A stretch of DNA of 64,000 bases from Lepidodermella squamata (GCA_047495785.1 JBLDXI010000001.1:3472001-3536000); one strand, 5' to 3'; numbered from the stretch's first letter, positions 38,890 to 53,243 are shown. The notes: a model not told the origin generated them from the sequence alone. Program-made: numbers and translations.

Positions 38890-39141
38890 TTACCCACTTT
38901 TCTTGTTTTTCGGCGTCGATAACTCATCATCGCCATCATCATCATCGATATGCTTGATTTCGTCGTTGCCATTCCGATTCTCCTCGCGCTGCTTCACAAC
39001 CGAAGCGATAATCATAACGCTGCGCTGCCTGCAACTTTTCCGCGACCGCTTTTTCGTGATCCAGAATAAGAAACGCGATCTCGGCCTCGGTTTTCGCTCA
39101 ACATCAGGTGGAATGTATAACGGCTCCGTATCACTGTCCAT
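38890..39141 (-). CDS. Hypothetical small ORF or upstream exon
   Basis: An ATG-started 83-aa ORF with coding-like composition (basic then acidic) that ends at a possible GTAA donor. No recognisable motif. Confidence 0.3.
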   Translation of the reverse strand: MDSDTEPLYIPPDVERKPRPRSRFLFWITKKRSRKSCRQRSVMIIASVVKQREENRNGNDEIKHIDDDDGDDELSTPKNKKSG

Positions 39142-39656
39142 CGTAATTTATACCGGGAAAAATTCGTAAAAATCCTGAAAATGAGCCATAATCTGAGATC
39201 TGAGGAACTAAATCGAAAAGAGCATTTTTCTTTGCGTTTACCTATCGATAAAAAATATATTATTATCTGCGATAGCAATGTTATGCTTTTCGCAGTCTAA
39301 TGATATACGAGTCAAGCCTTCCACCGACGATGATTGATGAAACGAGCATCCTCCTATATTCCAATATAAAACATGATAATCCCCGCAACAGATGTTTGTA
39401 TATAGATTGATCCCATGCTGCAAAAATGGGTTAAATCGAAATCGAAATTCTCGTAAAAATCATGCAATTCTATTGCCCTAATAGTTTTGCACTCTCTCCG
39501 CCAAAGGTGTAAAAAACAAGTTATCGAGGTGATTTTTTTATTCAAAATAATAGCAATAAAAATCATCACATTTGTGAGCACATCACTCTTTGGATTTATA
39601 TAGCAGCAGCAGCAGCACCACAACAACTTTTATTATGTATTCTCATTGTAATTTTT

Positions 39657-40958
<1,302 letters not shown>

Positions 40959-41099
40959 TCAAGGTGGCTCGTATCAATCGCAAATTAAATCTAGATCACG
41001 TCTAAAATACAACAACAGGAAACGAGTCAGAGAAATATGATCTTTTAAACATCGATTTGTCATCAAGATGATAAAGGAAACAAGAGAAGGGTGAGTGGG

Positions 41100-41682
41100 C
41101 TAGATATCAATTATCACAAAGACGTCGCAGCGCGGTGCACCAGCGTTTTCTGACTCCGTTTTCTCGTGAATTTGCATATTCGAATAGGTGATCGCCTTGA
41201 CTTCGGTGCCTTGCGGGTGTTTCGTCAAGTCGAATTCCTCGCCATAAACATCGGCTTTAATCGTAAAATTTTCGCGATCAAACTCGCGAATTCGAATTTT
41301 GCGGCCTATAAAATTTTGTTCGGCGCAAAATTGGTAGAGCAATTCATTCAAAAACGAGTAAAGCAACGTGTCCAAGTCGTGCCCGCTCGCTTCGATGCGA
41401 ATTTTCTGGTGAATTGATATCGTAGAAGGGTCGTCTGTCATATAAGCGTACATTGCCACGCCGGCTTGTTCGAAACATTTTGTTAAAGAATCACCCCAAG
41501 CGTGGATTTGAATGTCAGCAGGGTGGTCCAAATATTCATACTGTATTTCATCAGGGCCAGAGTCAAACTCAGGATCGTAATCATACCTGATTATACCAAT
41601 TTTCTATTTCCAAAAAACTCGACAATTTTGAGTAAAAAAACCTATAATCTGGCTCGTAATCTGCTGGATCGTCGAGTGCCAT
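41100..41682 (-). CDS. ZBTB8OS: Archease (RtcB tRNA-ligase cofactor); exons 41682-41642 and 41586-41100, 175 aa
   Basis: Motifs YEYLDHPADIQIHAWG, GTEVKAITYS and terminal DI. A 55-nt GT-AG intron supplies the only in-frame ATG upstream of the conserved motif. Confidence 0.9.
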
Positions 41683-41965
41683 TATTTTTTCGCCTGTTCG
41701 TCTTCAGCCCAACGTTTCTTCGCGTTGTGAATTTGGACGGCTTCAATGACGTTTTGAATCGCTTTCTTAGTTTCTTTATCTTCACTGCCCAAGTTGCCCT
41801 TAAATTCTTCAATAAACGACAACACACACCTAAATCGCAAAGTTTTACCTTGTTACCAGCAATTGCTCTTTCAAAGAAATAGGGATGGTTAAATAGGTAG
41901 AACAGACCGACTGGGAAGGTGACGTACATCGCCATACGAAAAACTTCTAGTTTCCAACCACCCAT
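41682..41965 (-). CDS. PET100: Cytochrome c oxidase assembly factor PET100; exons 41965-41857 and 41806-41682, 77 aa
   Basis: MGGWKLEVFRMAMYVTFPVGLFYLFN is the PET100 N-terminal signature. A 50-nt intron (GTAAC..GAAG) gives a charged helical tail ending EQAKK*. Confidence 0.85.
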
Positions 41966-42399
41966 TTTTCAATAATGGGCATCTATGGGGAAAAAAATCA
42001 GAAAAATCGCCATCTTTTATTAGTTTTTCCTCTCGGTTGAGTATACATCATCAGCGGCTAAAACAACCAACAAACCCTTGATATTTGACTACTTTTCGCA
42101 ATAAATACTCGAATCGAAACAACGAAAAAAATTCGTTATATTATCAGTGATTTTTCTCTTGTTCCCGGGTATAAGAGGAAAAATTTTCTCACTCAAAGAT
42201 GACAAACTGTTTTTGAGATGATTTTGCACATGGACGAACAGCAGCTTATGTAGCAAAACATCTGTTTGATGAGCATGAACGATACAAATAGAGGACACAA
42301 AATACACAGATATTTTTGCAACGTAAACAAAAAACAGCAGAAAACTTGGCATACACTTATTTAAAACAGATTATCTTCAAGGATTGCCAAATGACGAGA

Positions 42400-43677
42400 T
42401 TAAACACGCAACAGCTCAAGGTGGTTGTTATAAGTGATGGAGACCCAATCAGGCTGCGAGGAAGGCCAGTGAACTTGGTTTATTTCGCCCCCGGCAGTGT
42501 AGGCTAAAATCGGTTCTTCAATTGCTCGTGGTAGTTGACGGATGTCCCAAATTAAAGCCTGACGGTCATCAGCAACAGTACATATACTGAAAATTATTTC
42601 ATGAAATATACATTACTATAAATTAAAATATTGCATACTGGAAGGCTGAATGAGGTGCCCAACTAATCGAGTTAACGCAAGCTCTGTGATTACGAAGTTG
42701 AGCCACAGCCATACCCGGCATTCGAACGTCGATTATCACAACTTCTGGAGTGTCGATCACAAAGGTAGCTAGATAATTAGGGTCCTGTTTGTTCCAAGCG
42801 AGGCGGAGTAAAGGCAGATGGTTCGGGTCTTCATACATAATCGTCGATTGTTCGAGGTGCCGAAGATCGAACATTCGGACAGAGCCATCGGCACCGACTG
42901 ACGCAAACATGTCACGACCGCCGCCAGCTCGGCTGAAAGCGATGTCGTACACTTCTTTATCGTGAGCAATTAGCTGAGTTCGAACGTGACCATTCACGTG
43001 TTGCGATGTCCGGCCAACGACTTGGCCTGTTTCCAGCCCCCAAATCGTGCACGTCGTGTCGATGCTCGAGGTCCCGAGGAGAGTAGGATCGACTTCATTC
43101 CAATCAAACGAGGTGAGAGGAGCGCAGAAGTCAGAATTTTTGTTCTATTACAAAATAATTAATACGAAATTCTTTGAAAGCGTGTCTAACTTACGTTATT
43201 CAGTAGACATTCGAGTTTGGTTTCGCCATTTTCAGGATTAACCTTCCATAATCTTAAATAATCACCCGTCGTTGCAAGAAGATCGGCATGGACTCCGCCC
43301 TACATATTTTTCACGTAAAATACCTGCATAATAGTAAGACAGGCAGTGAGCTTACCGAGTCTGGCATCCATAGAATTTTCGTAGTCGGATAAGGGTGCTC
43401 AAACGTACTAATTACAGTGAATTCGCCCGAATTCTCGTCAAGCGTTACTATACGAACCTGAAAGTAAAAACAATTAAATAAATCATGATGAACGTCCTAG
43501 AGCGGGACTTGCTTTATTGTTGTATTCTTCTACGAAACTACCGACAGCTAGCCGAAAGTGACGGTCTTGACGAGTAGCCCATGCAAGGCCATATAGCACC
43601 CAAGGAGCTTCGTAACGATATATTTCTTTCCGTTTGTTGCCCCCAGAGTGAGCTTTAGCCGCTGAACCCTGAGCCAT
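42400..43677 (-). CDS. DCAF7: DDB1- and CUL4-associated factor 7 (WDR68), 5 exons
   Basis: Motifs [47 protein letters not shown] and C-terminal LELLRV*. Confidence 0.95.
43458..43512 (-). other. GC-AG intron in DCAF7
   Basis: AAA|GCAAGT...TTTCAG|GTT restores the conserved YNNK-V junction. The intron is 55 nt. Confidence 0.85.
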
Positions 43678-44655
43678 TTAAAATGAACCTAATACGAAGG
43701 AAAGAAAGTAATCAACACTTGCAGTAGGATAGAACATCGCAACATCGCATTACTTGACCGGTCAAGAATGTAAATCGTGAATCAAATGAGTACATATCGA
43801 CAGTGCATATTAAGCCTTAGCAAGTAATTAAATAGCTGATTCGCGAAAATAAAAGTTCCACGGGCAAAAAGCATGACACTGTTGCTACCTTTTCATTCAT
43901 AAACTACGAAGTGATCCCGCCATTCAAGCATTCGGATATTCCAACTCGAAATTCGAAAATCACACCCATCTAATCATTTTCAACGCTTCATTTGATCAGG
44001 TTGGGAATGACGGATGACGGAAATCGGCCAAATAAGGCACCTGAGATATCATTGCCACATGCCGTAGACCCGCAATGCGTAATGCGCGCTACGCTAGTCC
44101 GACTGCTCATCCTCTCGGCGCAAACCGAAGCTCAGCAAAAAAGTTCAGCACAAAATCACAAAAATCATCGAAATTACGCTTTGACGGATAATAAAACCTG
44201 CAAATTTGCATTCTGATGGATCGAAATCGGTTGAGCATTAATTTTCTATGAACGCAACTCAAATAAAATATTTTTGATCTTGAACGAATTTTGAATTATT
44301 CATGAGTTGTTTTGGCGCGCCGTCATTTTTTTGAGGACATCTTTTGCCTTGTCCCAGGGTGCTCTCTTGGGCATTGCGCCTAATCTGTGAAGTTGATATT
44401 TACTTGCTGTATTCTTGCTTCTTGCTATAATTTGAATTAGGTACTTATGCCCGATTTCCAATCTAACTTGCTCATATTTTGTTTTTCTCATCATTTCGGC
44501 TTGCTAAGACAATTTCGCATTATCGAGCACGATGGAACTGAACGTCCTGAGTTACCTTCGGTTTTTTCAGCGCATGAAATCTCATCTTGTTATAGTCTTA
44601 GCATACTTACTTTAGTTTTAATCTTGCAATCACGTGTCTTTGGTTTTAGATTTTG
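43678..44655. promoter_or_regulatory. Divergent intergenic region between DCAF7 and DGCR8 (probable bidirectional promoter)
   Basis: The genes are head-to-head with under 1 kb between start codons. This is a positional inference only. Confidence 0.5.
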
Positions 44656-46761
44656 ATGACAAAACGTCAGCTCTCAGCCAATGAGGAGGGAGAGCTTAAC
44701 ACTCCGGAGTTTGACGATGACATAGATGACCGGCCGATAAATGTTTTGCCATTAGCTATCGGTCCCATCCGACGCCAACCATTGCCTTTCAGCTCGCCTC
44801 CAAAGGATGAGAAGCCATCATCTTCTACTCAACCTAGCCTGAAAGTTGAAGAAGCCGAAGATACTACTGAGGCTTTTGAGAAATCATCGGACACTCTGCC
44901 CACCGCAGGTTAGTGTTTAAATTTAATTTTTAATATAATAATCGTGTATATAACGTCTTGATTAGATGCTGTTGAATTATTTGAGGCAGAACAGGAGCAA
45001 ATCGACGCGATGGACGAATCAATGTCCGAAAGTGAGCTGTACGATTTGATTGAGGGGAAAAGCGATGCAAATCAAAACGAGCCTAGCACATCAGGGGCGC
45101 CTCCGGCAAAACGTCGACAGTTTGCTATCGTCGATGATAAAATCATAAGTGGACCCGATTTCAATGTGACTAAATACGTCATGGAAGAGTTCCCGGATCC
45201 TAGTGTCCTGCCGACAGACTGGGTCAAAATCAATCACGAATCTGGCATTCCCGTGTACTTTCACAAAAGATCTCGAGTTGCAACTCTGTCAAAGCCGTTT
45301 TGCGTTGGAAAATTTCCCGTCCGTTTGCGTCACATTCCACTATCGGCAATCCCCTGCCTCAAGCAAAAGCGTGATTTAGAGGCGGTTAAAAGTGCATCGG
45401 AGAAAAATGAGGCTGTTTCATTCGACCATCGTAATTTGCAACACCCAGAAGTTCGAGATTACTGCAGTAACCTGTTTAAAATCAACCAGTTATCAATTGC
45501 GCGGTGGACGAGCTGGCGCAAACGGCGGCAATATGAAAAATTACTTCATCGAGTCAATAACGATGCTGATAATCCTGAATTGAGCAATGTCAAAATTGTT
45601 GGTGCGACTTCGACAAAAACCTTGGTTCAAACTGTAAAGCCTACTATTTCTGAACCCGAGAAGACTGTGGAATTGCCGGTTGATGAAGATGACGAAGGAG
45701 AAATGGACGAAGGCGATGAACAAGACGCCGGTCTCGAGAATGGGGAAGTCGATGAAAATGAGAAAGCTCCTGAAAATCCACCAGAAGAAACTGGGTTAAT
45801 CTCAAGAGGCGCCGCTACATACATTCGAGTTCCACAAGTCGCGTCGAAATCAACCGATGCCAAGGCCAATTCGAGTAATGTGCCAAACAAGGGCCGGAAA
45901 CAGTACTTGCGAGTTGACGGAAAACCGGCTAATGCCGTTTTGAACGAGTATACGGTGCTATCAACTGGCGATTACCCTCAATATGAAGATGTCCAACTAC
46001 CTTCCTGTGAAAGATCGGGCGAGTTTTGTTGCGTTGTCAAAATAGGTGGAATAATTTACGGAATAGGCCAAGGCCGGAATAAAAAATCTGCAAAATTAGA
46101 AGCTGCTCAAGAAGCGCTCCGAGCGCTTATTCCTGGTTGGAGGACAACTGCTACTCAGAAGCCAGGCGCCACAAACTTGCCGGAAAAAGATACTACTGAA
46201 CGAGATCCAATGTTACAAAGTGTTACTGTTTTCGATTCTGTCCCGGTTGATAATCCAAATATCACTGAAATGTGCCAAAAGCTCGGCCTGCCAACTCCTT
46301 ACAAGCTGCTTCAGACTTGTCTGCTGCGGAACTTCGGGATCGGTGATACTGAGTTGAATTGCACCGTTGAGCAGCTGAGTGCCGAAGAAGTTGCAAAGCA
46401 CAATTCCAAAGGTGCTCAGCATCACCAGTATCGTTTAGATAAACTGGTTAAGCTATCAGTCGGCGAGCGGTCTGTTGAGGTGAAAGCAGTGAGTGCGAAG
46501 CAAGGCAAGCATTTAGCGGCGCAGGCTTTGCTGAAACAGATGCATCCACATATCGGCAATTGGGCGTCGATTTTACGGCTGTATCTTCGTGGCCCTGATG
46601 TCAATCTGACGGCGACAGCGGCGCTGCAACGCGACACGGCCGTGCACGAGATGGCGGTTCAGAAGCGCAGTTCCTCTGAGATTTTGGTCAAATTGCGCGA
46701 AGAAATGCGAAAGCTGGCGGCGCAACTTGAGCAGAAGAAAGTCACACAAAATAGCGCGTGA
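44656..46761 (+). CDS. DGCR8: Microprocessor subunit DGCR8/Pasha; exons 44656-44908 and 44966-46761
   Basis: WW-like LPTDWVKINHESGIPVYFHKRSRVATLSKPF, heme-binding HIPLSAIPCL, and two dsRBDs (KKSAKLEAAQEAL; KQGKHLAAQALLKQMHPHIGNW.S.LRLY). Confidence 0.93.
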
Positions 46762-47193
46762 TTTGTAAATCTCCTAATTTCATAGTGGGAAAGGTCAAAC
46801 ATTTCAACAGGCTTTCAAATGGAATACGTTGTTTAGATCTGATAGTAATCAGATTATATGATATGTCCCAAATGGTGATTTTTTCGATATTAATCCGGCC
46901 CATTTATCATATTTTCTGTCAAATATTTAATGGGAGATAATAAAGATTCACATTCTAGAGTCTTCCTCCTTAAATTCTAAATTTTCTCTGCATTTTTAAC
47001 GAAGGGATCATTAGTTTTAATTTTTGGATGGCTGTTAAAAATTGATCTTTCCCAACTATGAAATGTTCAGTTTTTACCATGAAAAATCGGTGCAACACTA
47101 CAATCGTCTGAGATGCCATTTCTTTAAAAAAAAATTGCTCACTTTTAATGCATAATTTTTCTGTTTGTTGATATAGAATGTTTACGTGATAAA

Positions 47194-50100
47194 ATGATAC
47201 GTGTTTTGTGGCTGACTTTAGTCGTCGCAAATGTTTTACCGCCGTCTATCCTGTGCAGATCAGCCGATGGTTTGCACAACCCAGCCGGGCAAGTTGCCGA
47301 GTATCTTCGAACAACGCTCACAAACGAAACCAGCGCTTCTTTACTCGAACAATACACGGCCAAGTATATGGAACCTCAACAAATATCGATGGAAGATGAA
47401 TTTCATCAAGTTACCAGCCTGATTGGTCGACATTTTTTACTGCTAAGCAGTACTGTTGACGCCTTTGATAAGTCTACAGTTAACGATAGCTTTTACGGCT
47501 ATGCATTTACCAGCGTTTTGAGTCGTTATTTTGGCGGTTCGAACGGTTTTCACCTCACTATCTGCTCCGATGGTACCGATTTGACTGATATTGTCTCGAA
47601 AAATGTACCTCAAAGCGTGTGGTCGGTTGTTAAACCGTACCACCCTGCTAATTCAACTAGTCCTCATTGCAGTAATGCAATTGCGAATAATTCGCGCTAT
47701 CACCTCATCGTTCATCTATGCTCATCGATAAATTGTTTTTTCGAACTGCCTTACGTTCAAAACTGCACCCAGTCGTCGCTGGTTGAATTTGTCTCGTTAC
47801 GAACTGCCTCATCCCTGCCGAATAACACGTGTTCCGGCAGCCATATCGTCGAATCTTACACGCCTTGCATGATCTCACGTTACGTTTGCCTTGAAATGGA
47901 CCAAAAAATGTCGCATAAAACGCAGCAGTATCGTAATTTATTCGCGTCGTCTGTTTTCAACGAAACTGCCTTCCTAAATTGGGCGTCGACGTTCGTTTCC
48001 AGCGATAAAAAGCCGGAGGAAGTGCCGGCGCTAGTCAGTATCAAACGAAGCCGAGCCTTTTCGAAGGAATGTTTACACAATCCTGATTTGATGTTGATGT
48101 CACTTTCTTACAACAACCACGCTTGCTGCAATCGGGCAGTTACAGCCGAAGATCTTAGACGTAAATTTTTCCTCTATTGTTCTGTATTACCGCGATTTTT
48201 TAGAATTACATTTTCTTATTTTTGGCCTGACTTCCCTCATTTGTGGAAAATATTAAAATTTTAAAATAAAAAAAAATTAAAATTCTTGAATTCTTTATGT
48301 TAATGAGCCCCGAAATAAAAAAATTCCTGAATTATTTTTATTTACGAGAAATTGAAGTAAATTACGGTAAAATTATCCGTAATTCCCTGTATAAAACCTT
48401 TCAAAATATTCAAATTTCTGACGATAAGTTTTTAAATCTACTAAATCTATTGCGAATTTATTCCAGGTTTTGCCGCTGTGGCTACGTCGATATGCCACAA
48501 AGGTTCGCCTAAGCAAAACATCGAAACTTCCAGCCTTGGCCTACTGCTAAAATACCGCCTTCAATTCAGCGAATCAACACTCGCTTTCCTTGTTGACACG
48601 GATGCAAAGGCTATTGTCTACCATCCTCATTTTTCGTTCGTTCAATCGATCTCATTTGACGACCTGAGACGGTCGTCTTTCAACGACTCGTTCCTCGCCG
48701 ATTTCTTACACATTTATTTGGCGGATTTGCTATCACTTCATGACGCTGATAACGATCGACATTTCGTTTATTCTCATCGATTGAGAGGGACTTTTGATAT
48801 TTATGCTCACAAGGTAATTTTGAGAAAATTTAAGGAGGATCTTTAAAATTCTGTATGGAATTGTTTTTGCAGTTTACTTTGACCACGAACTGGGTTCTCG
48901 TGTTTCTAGTCAACAAAACGGAGTCTTTCCACCGCCTCGTGCCTCGGGCCAAATCTCCACCACCAAAGGAGGATAATACAGTCCTAACTACTCGTTTTCA
49001 TCGCGCTTTTATCTATGACAGCACTCACGTTAAAACCTACCCTAAAGACTCACCTTGCTCTTTGTACCGATACAATGTGTCATTCGGTATGCGTATTTCA
49101 TGATAAGTTATTGCGTCATTACTATTTTTTTTACTCCAGACTCGTCATCGGTTTTCTTTTCAAGCGCTGCATTCGTCGATCCGAGTAAACAAGAAGCTGC
49201 AGTTCACACGTCGTTGAGCGACGAAAACAACCTGGAACCAGTCGCACCGTCTCGCAGCCTGCTTCTCGACCACATTCCAGCGCACATTCACCTGCTGTCA
49301 AAACTCAGCTACAGCTGGCCGATTCAAACGCCTTTTTCCCCGCTGAAGCCTTACATCATCCGGCGACTGGTCGCGACTAATGCCGGGGTCCATCTTATGT
49401 ACCCTGGGTCTTTCGAGCCGCACCCTGAATGGCGCGCCTCAGTTTTTAAGGCGGCTTTCAACTCGCCTGGTGCGATCGTGGCAACTCGGCCTTTCCTCGA
49501 CCCAGTCGGTTTCGGCTATGCCGTGATGTTCTCGCTGGCTGTATCGCCTTACGTCGCCGTTGCGATCGATTTCTCGCTCGGTTTCGCATCAAGTGGCCTG
49601 TTATCACGCGCGATTCGCCACCGCACTAGCCCAGCGATCGATTATTACCTCATCAACGCTAATGGCTATGTTATTTCGTCACTGGCCAATGCGTCCAGTC
49701 GCCATTTAGCCAACGCGTTCGGCCCGACAGAGCGGTTTCACGCCTCGCAGTTGGAGACTGACGTCTTTGCGGATATGCTGCATCGTGGGTTTGTCGCGAA
49801 ATACAGCTGCGTCCAGTTCTACCCGTGGTTGAGTCAAAAATCGAATTCACTGCTCGCAAAACGGCATTTGATTCGATTTCACGTCAATGCCTCGATGATA
49901 CCGCCGGTTTCGCTCAGTTCGTCATTTGCGGCCCAATCGGCGAAGCCGTGTAGTGCCTACTCGCTGTATCGATTGTCGCCGTCCAGTGAGCTGTATCTGG
50001 TCAAAGTCAATCGTTCATGCCCACTTCGAACAGCATTTTGCCCTTGCAGCATTGTAAGTTCTCGATAGAGTGCCTCTATTATTGCTAGAAATTTGGGAAT

Positions 50101-52721
50101 TCTCATTGAAATGACAAAAAATTGTCAAAATTCGAGGTTACATGGTTCGAAAATGTAGTTAAATCCGTCGATTTGAACCTGAATTTTTGAAGTTGATCAT
50201 TCCGCAGTAGATCGAGTTGTCCTCACTTTTGTATCAGATGTTCAAATGATGTTAATGGAACATCACCCATTATTGCTGAAGTCGTAGTTGAAGAGATTTT
50301 GAGATCACCGTAGTAAATTACCAAGTTTATTAGCAAATGACCTACTTTTCGATACTATCAGCATCAATATCAAGGTCAAAACAAACGAAGCTTGAGTTCC
50401 GATAAATTTCTGAAAACAGTTTTTCAGTCTTAAGGGTTGCCCACTGATAGATTCGACCAGTAGCTTGTGGAAGTCTACACCCCAGGCATGTCTGATTTTG
50501 GGGTGTGACCACATCTGCTAATTGCGATCGAGCGAAAGCTTTAACGGGAGTAAACCGATAGAGTTCGCGCCATTTGTCCAAGTCGTATATAGCACATGTT
50601 GCGTTATGCCGGGCGAGTTCGTAGTTGTCAATCTTCTTGCCATGGTATGAATAACCAGCGGCTGTTGAGCCTCTCCACTTGATAAGATCTAAGTGATCTG
50701 AGGTAAGATTGATAACTTGAGCCATCATTACTAGATTTTTAGCCGGCAGAACCAACAGATCCGAGAGCCAAAATTAGTTTCCTGGAAATCGGGCACCAGC
50801 TCGAGGGATTTTCGCGAGCCAACTGCCTAGGAACTTGTCGACTTTCTTTTTGTTCCTTTTGCTAGCCGCCTCATCGGTTCCCAACTGACAAAATAGATCG
50901 CTAATTCAAAAAATCTGTGAACGACCTAGGCCTAGTTTTTTAACATCCGAAAACTGACCGAAAATTCTTCGTAAATAAAAAAAAATCGTTAATCTTAGCG
51001 TGCAGATTAGCCGCATCAACAGATAATTGCATATTGGTTTATCATCATGCCATTTCGCATGCGAATATTTTGTTGGATCCTCCAGTCCTCTGATATCTAG
51101 TAAGCCATCTTCTTCGATGTAAATTTTCATTGGGTATTTGTGTTTACGCTGGAATTTGCATCGAAGATGAAATTAGTGGCCTTAGAAGCACAGTCGCTTT
51201 TCGGCCAATGTTGATCCATCATTGTGAATATTGTGGGAACCAAGAACAGTTGGAGGTAATTCTTCCGTAATTGATGTTAGAGAGTTCACAATAATGCATG
51301 TAAAACGGGGTAAAAATCTTATAATAGGTAATGAGTCACGACTATGTTGTCTGATGAATTTTCGAAATACTGTAGATCGTTGAGCTGTATCCTTTTGTCA
51401 ACTTCAAGCTTGTAACGTTTTGGAAGTTTCAGTTCCTGAGCAAATGAAAAGTGGCATGGAAGAATTTAGAATTTGGCAAGAGACGTAGTTTACTCAATCA
51501 CTTGTTCCCCTGCGTAGATGATCATTATGTTTTCAAATCAAGAAAAATTGATTCAAAATTCGTATTAATATTTCGTCATTTACCGAATAAAGTGTAAAAA
51601 GATCTCCGAACTATTCAAATTTATATTTTGAATAACTTTTTTAGGTGGCTCGCAGCTGTCTATCGTGCACAAATACCTACTCACCCGTATTTTCGCCGTC
51701 AGACTGCGAATGCCCTTGCGAATGCTCCAACCTATCAAAGGGCCTCAACTACAAATTCAGCGTCAACGACGCGTGCTCATCCGAGGACGAATACCCCGCT
51801 CTGCCATCTTTCGTCCAATCAATCGAAACTCGAGATTCAACCCCCCACCAGTCACCGATACCCGTACCAGCCTCCACATGCCCGTTACAACCCTGCAGCG
51901 CCTACAAGCCCGCCAATTGTTCGGGCGCTATAGGCTGCGAGTTGTGTCACCGAGACTCGAATAACGCGAAACTGCCCCATCCAGTTTGTTCATTGCTGAA
52001 AACGTGTTTCGGTGGCTCGATAGGCTCAATAGGGCCGTATCACGAGTGGCGAACAGTGACCGAATCGAAACACGACGAAATCTTCCCGCCTCCGATGCAA
52101 GAAACGCCTAGTTTATCACCATTCGGCCTGGTCGCGTCTTGTCTAGCGATTTCGCTAGCCCTCGCCTCGATTCTTATCTACATTTGCCACCGGACGCGGA
52201 ATTTGAATTTCGTCGCGACTATTCGCCAATCGATTTCGGCGCAACACCTCGACCCCGCCGCGACAAATCGGCTGTTGAACAATCTCGACCCGGATGGTTG
52301 TGATAACCCGTCGAATAACAACAACAATCACTGGGGTGATTCGGGCGGGACAGAACTGGTCGCAACGACCTCGGCGAATGGCCCGTCGGACCAGCGGCAG
52401 CCCCAACAAACTCTTCTGCTCGCAGTTTTCGACCAACCAGCCGTGCAAGGGTCGATTCTGCCCTCAGCTATTCGAAGGCCTCGCCCGCCGCCGTCCGATG
52501 TTGGCTATTCCTCTTCGATGCCGAATGAAGATTCAGCCGCTGAGGATTCGTCTGTGTCGAATGGCGTTGGCAATGCGGCTGTTTTAAGGTGGAACGTTGG
52601 TGGTTTGACCAATATTGCCGATGTTTTCCCGACTACTGATATTTTCTCAACAAATCGAACGCCTTCACCGCGATCTCGATCGAACATCCGCTCTCAGCAT
52701 AATGTTATAGATTGTCTATAG
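47194..52721 (+). CDS. CACHD1: Cache-domain type I membrane protein, CACHD1-like (5 exons, divergent)
   Basis: Signal peptide, Cache motifs (MYPG, PFLDPVGFGY, YLINANGY), the CACHD1-type Cys cluster FCPCSI|VARSCLSC..CECPCEC, and a single TM followed by a low-complexity tail. Confidence 0.75.
50342..51130 (-). pseudogene. Disrupted glycosyltransferase family 8-like fragment inside CACHD1 intron 4
   Basis: Fragments YLLMRL, FSDVKK-LILA-x-SDLLVL and AIYDLDKWRE occur in GT8 order, interrupted by an insertion and a frameshift. Confidence 0.4.
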
Positions 52722-53243
52722 CTTTAGTCTGTAAAGAATGCGGGAAAATGGTCTCTCACGAATTTTCGACCGTTTTTGCCTCAATGTAGTCTGTTATAAT
52801 TAGAATATCGATGTTATACATTTTTTAAAACGTCATTCAGTGATTTCAAGTGTGATTGAGTGATTTCCCTCTTGAGGGCCTCAACTGGCGGAATTTTCTG
52901 TCCTCGAATTGATTTTTTTTTGAAGTTTTAGAACGTTGGCATAATGTTTTATTGTAATATCTCATAACCGGTTGTCGTATTGTTGAAAGCAAATGATTGA
53001 GAACAAATCTAGTTATCACCTATGCTGGGTTTTATTTTGTTGAATTCGAAATTTTGCGTGTAAATATTTGTGATTTTTTAAATGTCGCTTCTACTCGTTG
53101 AATTCTCCGAACAATCGTGTTGTTGACAAGTAGCGTGCTAGTCAATGTATTTTATAAAATGCGAGATATTAGAAAAAAATGAACAATTTGTGAGATGAAA
53201 TAATTTTCTTTGATTTTTTAGGATATTAAATTGAAATGAAATA

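Noticed and set aside
41642-41965. Unspliced 107-aa PET100 ORF from the track
   Set aside because: It reads through an intron. The spliced 77-aa form fits the family length and charge pattern better.
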